A stretch of DNA of 64,000 bases, from the NCBI GenBank assembly GCA_964621835.1, contig CAZUMA010000002.1, forward strand, positions 28,392 through 92,391, read 5' to 3'. Positions within the stretch are counted from its first letter, which is position 1; every line of letters starts with the position of its first letter. The notes beneath the pieces were generated by a model. The model was not told the origin of the DNA. It worked only from the letters and a program-made list of their open reading frames with translations, and did not search any database. Positions 17,788 to 26,542 of this stretch are shown here, piece after piece. This stretch comes from an uncultured Anaerolineales bacterium (GTDB taxonomy: Bacteria > Chloroflexota > Anaerolineae > Anaerolineales > UBA11858). The position numbers and the translations under genes are program-made.

Positions 17788-18356
17788 AAAAACCTGGTAA
17801 TCCGTGAATGCCTCAGTAAATGAATAACTGGTACCTGGGTCGTTGTAGCGAGCCAGGGATTGATTTTTTGAGGGGTTCTTCCTGGGCGGAGCAAGTGATT
17901 GCCCCCTCCTCGTAAGTGGGCTGATCCAGGGATGCTGGGGCGGAATCCTGGCCTTCTGCTTCCTGAGTAGCTTAGCTCAGATCCGGAAGATTCCTGATTA
18001 AATACGGAACCGTCAGCAGCATACTCAGCCCTGCCAGCAGCGGGCCCTATTTAGTTAGCCTGGTTTTTGCTGGATCAGCTAGCCTGAAGAATTGGGAAAA
18101 TAAAGGCATGGAATCCCTCCAAGGAACAATTTGTTAAGCTTGATGGCAAGGGTTACATCAAGTTTAAGGCATCTCTTCCCCGGTTGAAAAAAATCTGATG
18201 AAAATCACCTACAGATTTTATGTCGATCATCGAATTCAAGCGACTATTTTTCTTTCCTGCAGGACAAAAAACGTCTTTTCTTTTCCAAAAATGATCGAAA
18301 ATCGGCTTGAACCCACTCTTTTTGCCCTGAAACGATCGTTTTTCCTTTGAAGGCCG

Positions 18357-18384
18357 TTGATTTACTGATCAGGAGACGTAGAAT
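18357..18384 (+). promoter_or_regulatory. Promoter candidate (TTGATT-16-TAGAAT) of the mini-gene
   Basis: -35 at 18357-18362 and -10 at 18379-18384. Confidence 0.45.
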
Positions 18385-18432
18385 CCGGGGTTAGATTTTT
18401 TTCTCGGACTTATTGAGGAGCTGGGTTTAAGC

Positions 18433-18486
18433 ATGAATTCCGCTTTCTCCTCCACCTGGGGATGGATCTTACCTGGGGAATGGTGA
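18433..18486 (+). CDS. Candidate 17-codon mini-ORF MNSAFSSTWGWILPGEW
   Basis: GAGGAG at 18415-18420 lies 12 nt upstream of ATG 18433. The TGA stop is 10 nt before the terminator hairpin. Below the ORF-track size cutoff. Confidence 0.3.
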   Translation: MNSAFSSTWGWILPGEW

Positions 18487-18496
18487 TATCAAAAGA

Positions 18497-18527
18497 AACC
18501 GGAGATCAATCCGATCTCCGGTTTTTT
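18497..18527. terminator. Bidirectional intrinsic terminator
   Basis: Arms aaccggagatc/gatctccggtt, with aaaagaaa upstream and tttttt downstream. Serves the convergent lyase gene (stop at 18549) and the mini-gene. Confidence 0.75.
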
Positions 18528-18548
18528 CCGACTGGGGAGATATTATTC

Positions 18549-19925
18549 TTAGACAGGAGCGAAGGTGGCTGTGAAATGGCGCATTAATTCTGGCGCTTTT
18601 ACAATCCGGAATCCACTTAATTGGTCGCGGTCCTTATAAATGTCACTGAGCACCTCAACCACATAATCCAGGTGGCTCTGTGTGTAGGTCCTTCGGGGTA
18701 GGGCAAGACGGACCAGCTCCATTTCTGGGAAGATCATCTCCCCTGTATCCGGATCGGGATAGGCAAAGGCTACGGATCCCAGTTCCACAGACCGAATCCC
18801 ACCGCGTCGGTACAGCTCGACGACCAGCGCCTGCCCTGGGAATTCCTGTTGTGGAATATGGGGGAGCAGCTCCCCGGCATTGAGATAGACTGCATGGCCT
18901 CCTGCCGGTTCCAGGACCGGGATGTTTTTCTCGAGGAGTTTTTCGACCAGATAGCGAGTCTGGCTGAGACGGTAGGCCAGATAGTCCTCCTCCAGCCCCT
19001 CCAGCAGACCGACCGCGATCGCATCTAAATCCCGTCCTGCCAGACCTCCATAAGTGATAAATCCTTCCCGGAGGATCAGCTCATTACAAATCTTCTCATA
19101 AAGCTCATCATCGTTGACAGCTAAAAAGCCGCCAATATTGACAATGGCATCCTTTTTTGCGCTCATCGTGGCGCCATCAGCCAGGGAAAATATCTCCTGA
19201 GCGATTTCCAGGGCGGGTTTATCATTGTATCCCGGCTCACGCATCTTAATGAAATATGAGTTCTCCGCAAATCGACAGGCATCAATAAAGAAAGGGATCC
19301 CATAGCTCCGATAAATCTCAGAAACGCCGTGGAGATTTTCCAGGGAAACCGGCTGCCCTCCGCCGGCGTTGTTTGTGATCGTGATCATCCCCAGGGGGAT
19401 GTTTGCAGCACCCACTTTTTTTATAAAGGACTCCAGTTTATCCAGATCCATATTCCCCTTGAAATCGTGGTGCGAATGCGTGTCAAAAGCCTCATCGATC
19501 ACCAGGTTAGTGGGCCTTCCTCCACGAGCGCGGATGTTGCCCTCCGTGGTATCAAAATGCATATTGGAGGGTACATATTGTCCCTCTTTGAGGACCACGG
19601 CGCAGAGGATATTCTCCGCCGCTCTCCCCTGGTGCGTGGGGACAAAATGACGGAATCCAAAAATTTTCTGGATTACTTCTGAAAGGCGGGCATGAGACCG
19701 GGCTCCCGCGTAGGATTCATCCCCCAGCATGATCGCTGACCACTGCTCCTGGCTCATTGCCCCGGTGCCCGAATCGGTGAGCAGGTCAATGAAGATATCT
19801 TCTGCTGGAATCCCAAAAACGTTATAACCGGCTTCCTGGAGAGCCGATTCCCTGCCTTCGGAATCAATCAGCTGAATGGGTTCTACCATTTTTATCCGGA
19901 AGGGTTCCGGAGGATGTACGGCCAT
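18549..19925 (-). CDS. Beta-eliminating lyase (tryptophanase / tyrosine phenol-lyase family)
   Basis: PEPFRIKMVEPI, DLLTDSGTGAMS, SAKKDAIVNIGGF (PLP-Lys region). GGGAGG lies 7 nt upstream of ATG 19925. ORF-track start 19973 rejected. Confidence 0.85.
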   Translation of the reverse strand: MAVHPPEPFRIKMVEPIQLIDSEGRESALQEAGYNVFGIPAEDIFIDLLTDSGTGAMSQEQWSAIMLGDESYAGARSHARLSEVIQKIFGFRHFVPTHQGRAAENILCAVVLKEGQYVPSNMHFDTTEGNIRARGGRPTNLVIDEAFDTHSHHDFKGNMDLDKLESFIKKVGAANIPLGMITITNNAGGGQPVSLENLHGVSEIYRSYGIPFFIDACRFAENSYFIKMREPGYNDKPALEIAQEIFSLADGATMSAKKDAIVNIGGFLAVNDDELYEKICNELILREGFITYGGLAGRDLDAIAVGLLEGLEEDYLAYRLSQTRYLVEKLLEKNIPVLEPAGGHAVYLNAGELLPHIPQQEFPGQALVVELYRRGGIRSVELGSVAFAYPDPDTGEMIFPEMELVRLALPRRTYTQSHLDYVVEVLSDIYKDRDQLSGFRIVKAPELMRHFTATFAPV

Positions 19926-20065
19926 ACGATGCCTCCCGTGGGATGTGGTTGAACAATACTGGAAGTTTAACATGGTCAGGGAGCTTTCCCAAGTGATTTT
20001 TGTGAGTTCTCAGCTATAATTGTTTCCAGGATTAATGGATGGATGGATTGCTCGCAAGAGGGTAG

Positions 20066-20707
20066 ATGCTGAAAATTAATTCATTCACTCTGGGTCCGGC
20101 TCATACCAACTGCTATCTGGTCGCTGATGAGGAACTCAAGGAGGCGGTGATCATTGATCCTGCCTGGGATGGGTTGCGCCTGGCTGATGCGGCAGCAGAG
20201 GGACAGCTGCAGGTGAAACAAGTCTGGTTGACCCATGCCCACTTTGATCACTTTGGAGGGTTAGCGGACCTCCTCGCCGCCCTGGAAGACCGGCAGGGGG
20301 AGTCGGTGCAGGCAGGCTTGCATCCGAAGGACCTCCCCCTCTGGCGCATCAAGGGCGGAGCTGCACTGTTTGGGGTGCGGATCAAGAACGCCCCGCGCCC
20401 AGCCATTCACTTTGTTGCAGGGGATCTCCTGTCAGTGGGCCGGTATGAATTTCAGGTGATTCATGCGCCGGGCCATTCCCCGGGACATGTCATGTTCTCC
20501 TGCCAGCCTGAACGCGTATTGTTCGCCGGGGATGTGATCTTTCAATCCGGGATTGGCAGGACCGATCTGATGGGGGGAGATTATCAGACATTGATGACTA
20601 CCATTACTGAAAAAGTCCTGAGCCTGCCTGCTGATACTAATATTTATCCCGGACACGGTCCCCCCACCTCGGTGGGTGAAGAACAGCGCGGGAACCCTTT
20701 TCTTTAA
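20066..20707 (+). CDS. MBL-fold metallo-hydrolase (glyoxalase II-like)
   Basis: THAHFDHFGG metal motif, HAPGHSPGH, GDVIF...GRTD. Confidence 0.85.
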   Translation: MLKINSFTLGPAHTNCYLVADEELKEAVIIDPAWDGLRLADAAAEGQLQVKQVWLTHAHFDHFGGLADLLAALEDRQGESVQAGLHPKDLPLWRIKGGAALFGVRIKNAPRPAIHFVAGDLLSVGRYEFQVIHAPGHSPGHVMFSCQPERVLFAGDVIFQSGIGRTDLMGGDYQTLMTTITEKVLSLPADTNIYPGHGPPTSVGEEQRGNPFL

Positions 20708-20734
20708 CCTTTGAATGCACTGATATTCCAGGAA

Positions 20735-20772
20735 TTAAAACACCCTCCAGCAAGCATCCTTGCTGGAGGGTG
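20735..20772 (-). terminator. Intrinsic terminator downstream of rny
   Basis: 14-bp arms caccctccagcaag/cttgctggagggtg. On the minus strand they are followed by ttttaatt. Confidence 0.65.
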
Positions 20773-20795
20773 CAGCGGGACCGGCTTTCAGGACC

Positions 20796-22325
20796 TCACT
20801 TGGCGTAATCGACCGTGCGGGTTTCCCGGATGACGGTCACTTTGATCTTCCCAGGATACTGCATGGTTTCCTCAATGGTTTTTGAGATATCCCTGGCAAG
20901 GCGAGATGCAGCCAGATCATCGACCTGTTTCGGTTTGACGAAAATCCGAACTTCGCGGCCTGCTTGTAAAGCGTAGCTGTTTTTCACCCCATCATATGAA
21001 TTGGCGACATCTTCCAGCGCCCGGACACGTTTAAGGTACTGCTCCAGGCTCTCCCTGCGGGCACCTGGTCGAGCTCCTGAGATTGCATCAGCGGCTTCGA
21101 CGATAACTGCCTCCACGGATTCCTGTTCCACCTCGTGGTGGTGGGATGCGATCGTATTGACCACGATAGGAGGCACACCGTGCCTTTCGGCAAATTCAGC
21201 TCCGATTTGAGCATGGGTTCCCTCGACATTATGATCCATCGCTTTGCCGAGATCATGCAGCAGGGCACCGGCTTTGGCAATTTCTACATTTGCGCCCATT
21301 TCCGCAGCCAGAATAGCTGCCAGCTTGGCGGATTCAACGGCATGCGCAAGCTGATTCTGACCATATGACGTTCTGAACTTTAACCGTCCGATCATTTTGA
21401 TAATGTCAGGATGCAGTCCCGGCACACCTGCCTCGTAGGCAGCCTGCTCTCCTGCATCCGTGATCACTCTTTCGATGTTCTCCTGCTCCTTATCAATGAT
21501 CTTTTCGATGTGGGCGGGATGAATTCGTCCGTCCAGGACCAATTTTTGCATCGCTTGTTTGGCGACCTCCCTGCGTACAGAATCAAAACAGGAAATGGTG
21601 ATCGCTTCAGGGGTATCATCTACAATGACGTCGACACCGGCAGCTTTTTCAAACGCCCGGATGTTGCGTCCATTGCGTCCGATAATCCGCCCTTTCATAT
21701 CATCAGAGGGCAAAGCCACCGTGGATGATGTTACCTCCTCGACATGGTCGGATGCAACCCGCTGGATCGCATCGGCAATCAGCTTTCTGGCCTTCCGCTC
21801 TCCCTGCTCACGCGCTTCGTTTTCAATTTCCCGAACAATCCGGGACATCTCATTCCGGGCTTCCTCCTCCACGCGGTCCAAAAGCAGGTCCCGGGCTTCC
21901 GCCTGAGTCATTTGGCTGACTCGTTCCAGCTCCTCAGCAACTTTGCTGTAGGTCTCTTCAATCTGGTTTGCTTTTTTATCAATGGAGCTCTGCTGTTTGC
22001 TGATGGCGTGCTCTCGATCCTCCAGCTTTTCTGCTCGGCGATCGAGCTGGTCACTCCGGCTCTGCAAGCGCTCCTCGTATCGGTTGAGCTCTGTTCGACG
22101 ACGCTGGGCTTCTTGCTCAGCAGATTGACGGATTTCTACTGCTTTGTCCTGGGCGTCTTTTATCAGGCCGGTGGATGTTCTTTCGGCTTCACCAATCATT
22201 CGCTCAGCGCGCTGCTGTTTTTTATCGGTTTCCTTGATTACCTGGTAATTTTTTATAAAGTAACCGATCCCTGCGCCGAGCAGTAGCGCTGTGATACTGA
22301 TAAGTATTAAAGAAGTTATCTCCAT
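20796..22325 (-). CDS. rny: Ribonuclease Y
   Basis: N-terminal TM, long charged coiled coil, KH region GRIIGRNGRNIRAFE, HD domain LLHDLGKAMDH. Confidence 0.9.
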   Translation of the reverse strand: MEITSLILISITALLLGAGIGYFIKNYQVIKETDKKQQRAERMIGEAERTSTGLIKDAQDKAVEIRQSAEQEAQRRRTELNRYEERLQSRSDQLDRRAEKLEDREHAISKQQSSIDKKANQIEETYSKVAEELERVSQMTQAEARDLLLDRVEEEARNEMSRIVREIENEAREQGERKARKLIADAIQRVASDHVEEVTSSTVALPSDDMKGRIIGRNGRNIRAFEKAAGVDVIVDDTPEAITISCFDSVRREVAKQAMQKLVLDGRIHPAHIEKIIDKEQENIERVITDAGEQAAYEAGVPGLHPDIIKMIGRLKFRTSYGQNQLAHAVESAKLAAILAAEMGANVEIAKAGALLHDLGKAMDHNVEGTHAQIGAEFAERHGVPPIVVNTIASHHHEVEQESVEAVIVEAADAISGARPGARRESLEQYLKRVRALEDVANSYDGVKNSYALQAGREVRIFVKPKQVDDLAASRLARDISKTIEETMQYPGKIKVTVIRETRTVDYAK

Positions 22326-22395
22326 AGTTTCATCCTCGTGTTTTGTCTAAAAGCAGATTTGCGGGATGATCATCTGCTGCTGTGGTGTAATATAA

Positions 22396-23028
22396 TTAGC
22401 TTTCTTCCTGCTGTTGATGCTCTGCCCAATACTGATCAACCACTTGCTGACAGAGGGAGTAGTGAAAGCCCCTCCTGGCAAGGTACCCATAAAGTTTTCG
22501 TTTGAATTCTTTTTGATTGCGGAGGTCCAGCCGGGGCAGGTATTTCTGGGCTACTCTTTTCGCCAGCATTTCCTCATTGAGATCCTGCAGTGACTCCTCA
22601 ATAATTGGGCGCTTAATCCCTTTTTGGTAGAGTTCTGAAGCGAGCGCTTTTTTTCCACGGGGATGAAAAGCAATCCTGTTTTCAATCCACTGGTGAGCAA
22701 ATTCTTGATCGTTGACCAGCGATTGATCTCGCAATCGATCCAGCACCCCTTCAATCATCTCTGGGTCCACCTGGTGCTTTTTGAGATTGCGGCGGATTTC
22801 TTCTTCAGACCGGATTCGATAACTGAGGTAGTTTAAGGCCCGCTGATAGGCTTTTTCAAGATCATCCTTCTGTTGGAGATCTTTGATTTTCTGAGGGGTT
22901 ATCTCCCGGCCGACCTTCAACCAGGGAGCAATTTTTCGAGCAATTCCAAATCCAAATTCGCCTTCAAGATAGACATTGAGGCGTTCCGGGTTATTCTTCT
23001 GCGTTTCTACCCTGGTTATCTTAACCAT
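22396..23028 (-). CDS. recX: Recombination regulator RecX
   Basis: MVKITRVETQKNNPERLNVYLEG..., ALNYLSYRIRSEEEIRRNL, repeated three-helix units. ATG 23028 preferred over 23052. Confidence 0.8.
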   Translation of the reverse strand: MVKITRVETQKNNPERLNVYLEGEFGFGIARKIAPWLKVGREITPQKIKDLQQKDDLEKAYQRALNYLSYRIRSEEEIRRNLKKHQVDPEMIEGVLDRLRDQSLVNDQEFAHQWIENRIAFHPRGKKALASELYQKGIKRPIIEESLQDLNEEMLAKRVAQKYLPRLDLRNQKEFKRKLYGYLARRGFHYSLCQQVVDQYWAEHQQQEES

Positions 23029-23433
23029 AAAACAGCCGTGATACTGCCTCAACGGCCACGGCTGCTGGATCTACATCCACAATAATGCGGTACGCTTGGA
23101 TAGCCAGGATGAATTGAATCCTATCCAGTGCTACCGAGCGTTTTCCTGCTACACTTGGTGCTCCTGCCTTATGCCAATGTGTTTACTGCATCAAATACCA
23201 CGTTGTGATGGTAGATCGGTTTCAATATCCGTAGCCGCTGCTGTGCGGCAGTGCAACTATTGGGGAGTGGTAGCTGGACAGCCCCGGGGTGTCTTCTTGG
23301 GGTTGGGTTAACCTGTCCTGCCCCAATTTCTGATCCCAAGCTAATCTTTCGGGATCCTTGTTTGAAGTTTATCCTGTTGTTCTCTACATGAATGTAACCT
23401 CATTCACTCAGAGTAAATACATTATACACCATC

Positions 23434-23459
23434 TTTCCAGAACCGCGATAGTCTGGAAA
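23434..23459. repeat. Inverted repeat TTTCCAGA-N10-TCTGGAAA (operator-like)
   Basis: Perfect 8-bp arms at 23434-23441 and 23452-23459. A third CTGGAAA half-site lies at 23464-23470. Confidence 0.6.
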
Positions 23460-23562
23460 AAGGCTGGAAATGGGGCGTATTTTTGATCAAGGACCGGATC
23501 TCCTGGGGAAGGATGACGATCAGCGGCACTGATGGTAGGATATAGGTTGGGGAGGGATAACT

Positions 23563-24039
23563 ATGCGTATTTGTTTTGTTTGTTTAGGAAATGTCGTCCG
23601 CAGCCCACTCGCCGAGAATCTCTTTCGACATCTGGCGAAGGAACGGGAGGTTGCGGAGCATTATTTCGTGGACTCGGCCGGTACATCTGCTTATCATGTT
23701 GGGGAAACACCGGATGGACGGATGCGAAAGATCGCCCGGCAAAAAGGACTGTTTTATAGCGGGGAGGCCCGTCAATTTACCCGCGAGGATTTCCGTCAAT
23801 TTGATTTGATCGTTGCCATGGATCGTGAAAATCAGCAGATGTTGGAAATCATGGCAAACACATCAGATCAGCGGGAAAAGATCCGTCTCCTGCGGGAATT
23901 TGACCCCCAGGCGGATGAAGATTTAGATGTCCCGGATCCATATTACGGCGGATTAGATGGATTCCAAGAAGTCTATGAGCTGGTTGAAAGGGCCAGTGCC
24001 GGACTGCTGGAATACCTGGAAAATGAGCGCAGTTCCTGA
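23563..24039 (+). CDS. Low-molecular-weight protein-tyrosine phosphatase family protein
   Basis: P-loop CFVCLGNVVRSP (CX5R-S) and DPYYGG. Confidence 0.85.
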   Translation: MRICFVCLGNVVRSPLAENLFRHLAKEREVAEHYFVDSAGTSAYHVGETPDGRMRKIARQKGLFYSGEARQFTREDFRQFDLIVAMDRENQQMLEIMANTSDQREKIRLLREFDPQADEDLDVPDPYYGGLDGFQEVYELVERASAGLLEYLENERSS

Positions 24040-24880
24040 ACCCGTTTTGGACTGGCTGTCCGCACAGGGGCACGGTGCTGTCTCTTCCACCCGGGGGGTC
24101 AGTGGAGGATGCATTCATCGAAGTCTGATCGTCGAGACGGCAGCTGGTCGGTCTTTTTTCCTGAAAGTTAATCCCAACGCTCCCGCAGATATGTTTCGCA
24201 AAGAGGCTGTTGGTTTGGCGGCACTAAAAGTGCCAGGAGGACCAAAGATTCCGGATGTGTACCTCCAGGGCACTGACTTTCTCCTCCTGGAGAATCTCGA
24301 TCCCTCCCCGAGGCATGCCCGGTATTGGCCGATGTTCGGCAGACAGCTGGCTGGCGTTCACCTGCAGCAGCAGGATCAATACGGTTTTGAGGAAGATAAT
24401 TATATCGGCAGCACATTCCAATCAAATTCCTGGCATGAAACAGGCTTTGAGTTCTTTGCGCAGGAGAGGTTAGGCTTTCAAGGCCGGCTGGCAGCAGAAA
24501 ATGGGTACCTCAATCAGACCGACCTTGACCTGATTGATCGCCTGATGGCCAAGCTTCCCGATCTGATCCCCGAGCAGCCTGCTTCCCTCCTACATGGGGA
24601 TCTTTGGAGCGGTAATATCATCTCAGATCAGCAGGGGAATCCAGCCATGATTGATCCGGCTGTGCACTATGGTTGGGCGGAGGCGGACCTGGCAATGACT
24701 GACCTGTTCGGTTCTTTTCCTGCAGGATTCTATGCTGCCTACCAGGAAGTCCGTCCGCTGGCACCTGGTTACCGGTCGCGATACCCGATATACAACTTAT
24801 ATCACCTCCTCAATCACCTCAATATTTTTGGCCGGGGGTACCTGTCCAGGGTTCGAGAGCTCCTGAGGCAATACAGCTAG
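24023..24880 (+). CDS. Fructosamine/ketosamine-3-kinase family protein
   Basis: LLHGDLWSGNII, IDPAVHYGWAEADLAM. ATG 24023 overlaps the phosphatase gene by 17 nt. Confidence 0.8.
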   Translation: MSAVPEPVLDWLSAQGHGAVSSTRGVSGGCIHRSLIVETAAGRSFFLKVNPNAPADMFRKEAVGLAALKVPGGPKIPDVYLQGTDFLLLENLDPSPRHARYWPMFGRQLAGVHLQQQDQYGFEEDNYIGSTFQSNSWHETGFEFFAQERLGFQGRLAAENGYLNQTDLDLIDRLMAKLPDLIPEQPASLLHGDLWSGNIISDQQGNPAMIDPAVHYGWAEADLAMTDLFGSFPAGFYAAYQEVRPLAPGYRSRYPIYNLYHLLNHLNIFGRGYLSRVRELLRQYS

Positions 24881-24994
24881 ACGCCATGCCGTTTTGTCCC
24901 CCGATTTTTTCAAACTGTTAATATAATCCACAGACCCGGATGATAAAATCTGGTCTTAGGTCAGAGTCGTCAAGAACAAGAGAAGGGAAATTTC

Positions 24995-26389
24995 ATGGCC
25001 GTGCCATACTGGATCCAAGACGCGATTTTTTATCAGATTTTTCCGGACCGTTTCGCAAATGGAGATCCCCGGAATGATCCTCCAAATGTTCATCCCTGGG
25101 GCGCTGAGCCAACCATCTGGAATTTCATGGGTGGGGATTTGCGGGGAGTGATCCAGCGGTTTGATTATCTGCTGGATCTGGGGATCAACACCCTCTATTT
25201 CAATCCGATCTTCCAGGCGACATCCAATCACCGGTACAATATCAGCAATTATTATCAAATCGACCCCAAGCTGGGGGAGATCAGAGATTTTCAAAGTCTG
25301 CTCGATCTGGCCCACCGCAACAACCTCCGCGTGATTATTGACGGGGTTTTCAATCACTGCGGACGGGGGTTTTTTGCGTTCAATGATGTATTAGAAAATC
25401 ATTCCCACTCCCCTTACCTGGATTGGTTTCACCTCAATAATATTCCCCCGGACGCCTATTCCCCTGGAGATGCGGACGATTATGAGGCCTGGTGGCGTTT
25501 CAAGAGTTTGCCTAAATTCAATACTGACAACCCCCAGGTTCGTGAGTATATCCTGAACGTCGCCCGTTACTGGATCCGCGCCGGGGCTGATGGTTGGAGG
25601 CTGGATGTTCCGAATGAAATTGATGACGCTGAGTTTTGGGCAGAATTTCGGGCCGTGGTGAAATCTGAGAACCCTGATGCTTACCTGTTGGGTGAAATCT
25701 GGGACGGGGATCCTGCCTGGGTCGGTGAAACAGCTTTTGATGGATTGATGAATTATCCAATGCGCGACGCATTGCTGGATCTGCTTCTGGAAAAGATCAC
25801 GGTTGTTGAATTTGGACAACGGATCGACCAGCTGCTCAGTCAGTACCCCCGAGAAAATGTGTATGCAATGTTTCTCCCCTTGGGTTCGCATGATACCAGA
25901 CGGGTGATGACCGTACTGAAGGGGGACGTAGAAAAAGTAAAAATGAGCTTTATCTTCCAGATGGCATTTCCAGGGGCCCCATCGGTTTATTATGGGGACG
26001 AAATTGGATTGGAAGGCGGCAAGGATCCGGACAACCGGCGGGCATTTCCGTGGAACCGCGCTGAATGGCAGCAGGACCTGTACAGGTTCGTGCGCCGCTT
26101 GATCAGCCTGCGGAACGAGCACCCGGTGATGAGGCGCGGGGAGTGTCAGACCATACTGGTAGATGAAACACAAGGGGGGTACGCCTTTGCGAGATCTCTG
26201 GGCCAATCGGTGGTCCTGGTGATGCTAAACGCAAGCTCCTCTCAACAGAAAATTCGTCTTCCGGTCAAGGATTTCCATTGGGCTGATGGGCGAATTCTCC
26301 GGGATCTAATCAGCCATCAGGAGCTGGTTGTCTCAGAGGGTGAAATTGTCATCACCGCAGAACCCTGGAGCGGATATTGGATTTCCTGA
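24995..26389 (+). CDS. GH13 alpha-amylase family glycosidase (neopullulanase/alpha-glycosidase-like)
   Basis: DAIFYQIFPDRF, VIIDGVFNH, DGWRLDVPNEI, GEIW, LGSHDTRR. Confidence 0.85.
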   Translation: MAVPYWIQDAIFYQIFPDRFANGDPRNDPPNVHPWGAEPTIWNFMGGDLRGVIQRFDYLLDLGINTLYFNPIFQATSNHRYNISNYYQIDPKLGEIRDFQSLLDLAHRNNLRVIIDGVFNHCGRGFFAFNDVLENHSHSPYLDWFHLNNIPPDAYSPGDADDYEAWWRFKSLPKFNTDNPQVREYILNVARYWIRAGADGWRLDVPNEIDDAEFWAEFRAVVKSENPDAYLLGEIWDGDPAWVGETAFDGLMNYPMRDALLDLLLEKITVVEFGQRIDQLLSQYPRENVYAMFLPLGSHDTRRVMTVLKGDVEKVKMSFIFQMAFPGAPSVYYGDEIGLEGGKDPDNRRAFPWNRAEWQQDLYRFVRRLISLRNEHPVMRRGECQTILVDETQGGYAFARSLGQSVVLVMLNASSSQQKIRLPVKDFHWADGRILRDLISHQELVVSEGEIVITAEPWSGYWIS

Positions 26390-26430
26390 ATGTTTGGCGG
26401 GAGCCTTTGGCATCATTGCTGAGGACTATT

Positions 26431-26458
26431 TTGAAGAGTTAAAAAATAATGGTACAAT
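26431..26458 (+). promoter_or_regulatory. Promoter candidate for ppdK (TTGAAG-16-TGgTACAAT)
   Basis: -35 at 26431-26436 and extended -10 at 26450-26458. Confidence 0.5.
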
Positions 26459-26542
26459 ACTACGCTTGGAGGAGGGTGTGAAATTTCCTTCCTCTTTGAA
26501 CTACAATAGGACTCATTAATTTTTATACGCAGGAGGTAACTG

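Noticed and set aside
23096-23311. 71-aa Cys-rich plus-strand ORF in the recX upstream gap.
   Set aside because: It has a TTG start without an SD and no recognisable family. It cannot be supported as a gene from sequence alone and is mentioned only as an alternative explanation of the gap.
23434-23459. LexA (Cheo-type) SOS box in front of recX.
   Set aside because: The palindrome is TTTCCAGA-N10-TCTGGAAA and does not fit GAAC-N4-GTTC, so I report it only as an unassigned operator-like repeat.
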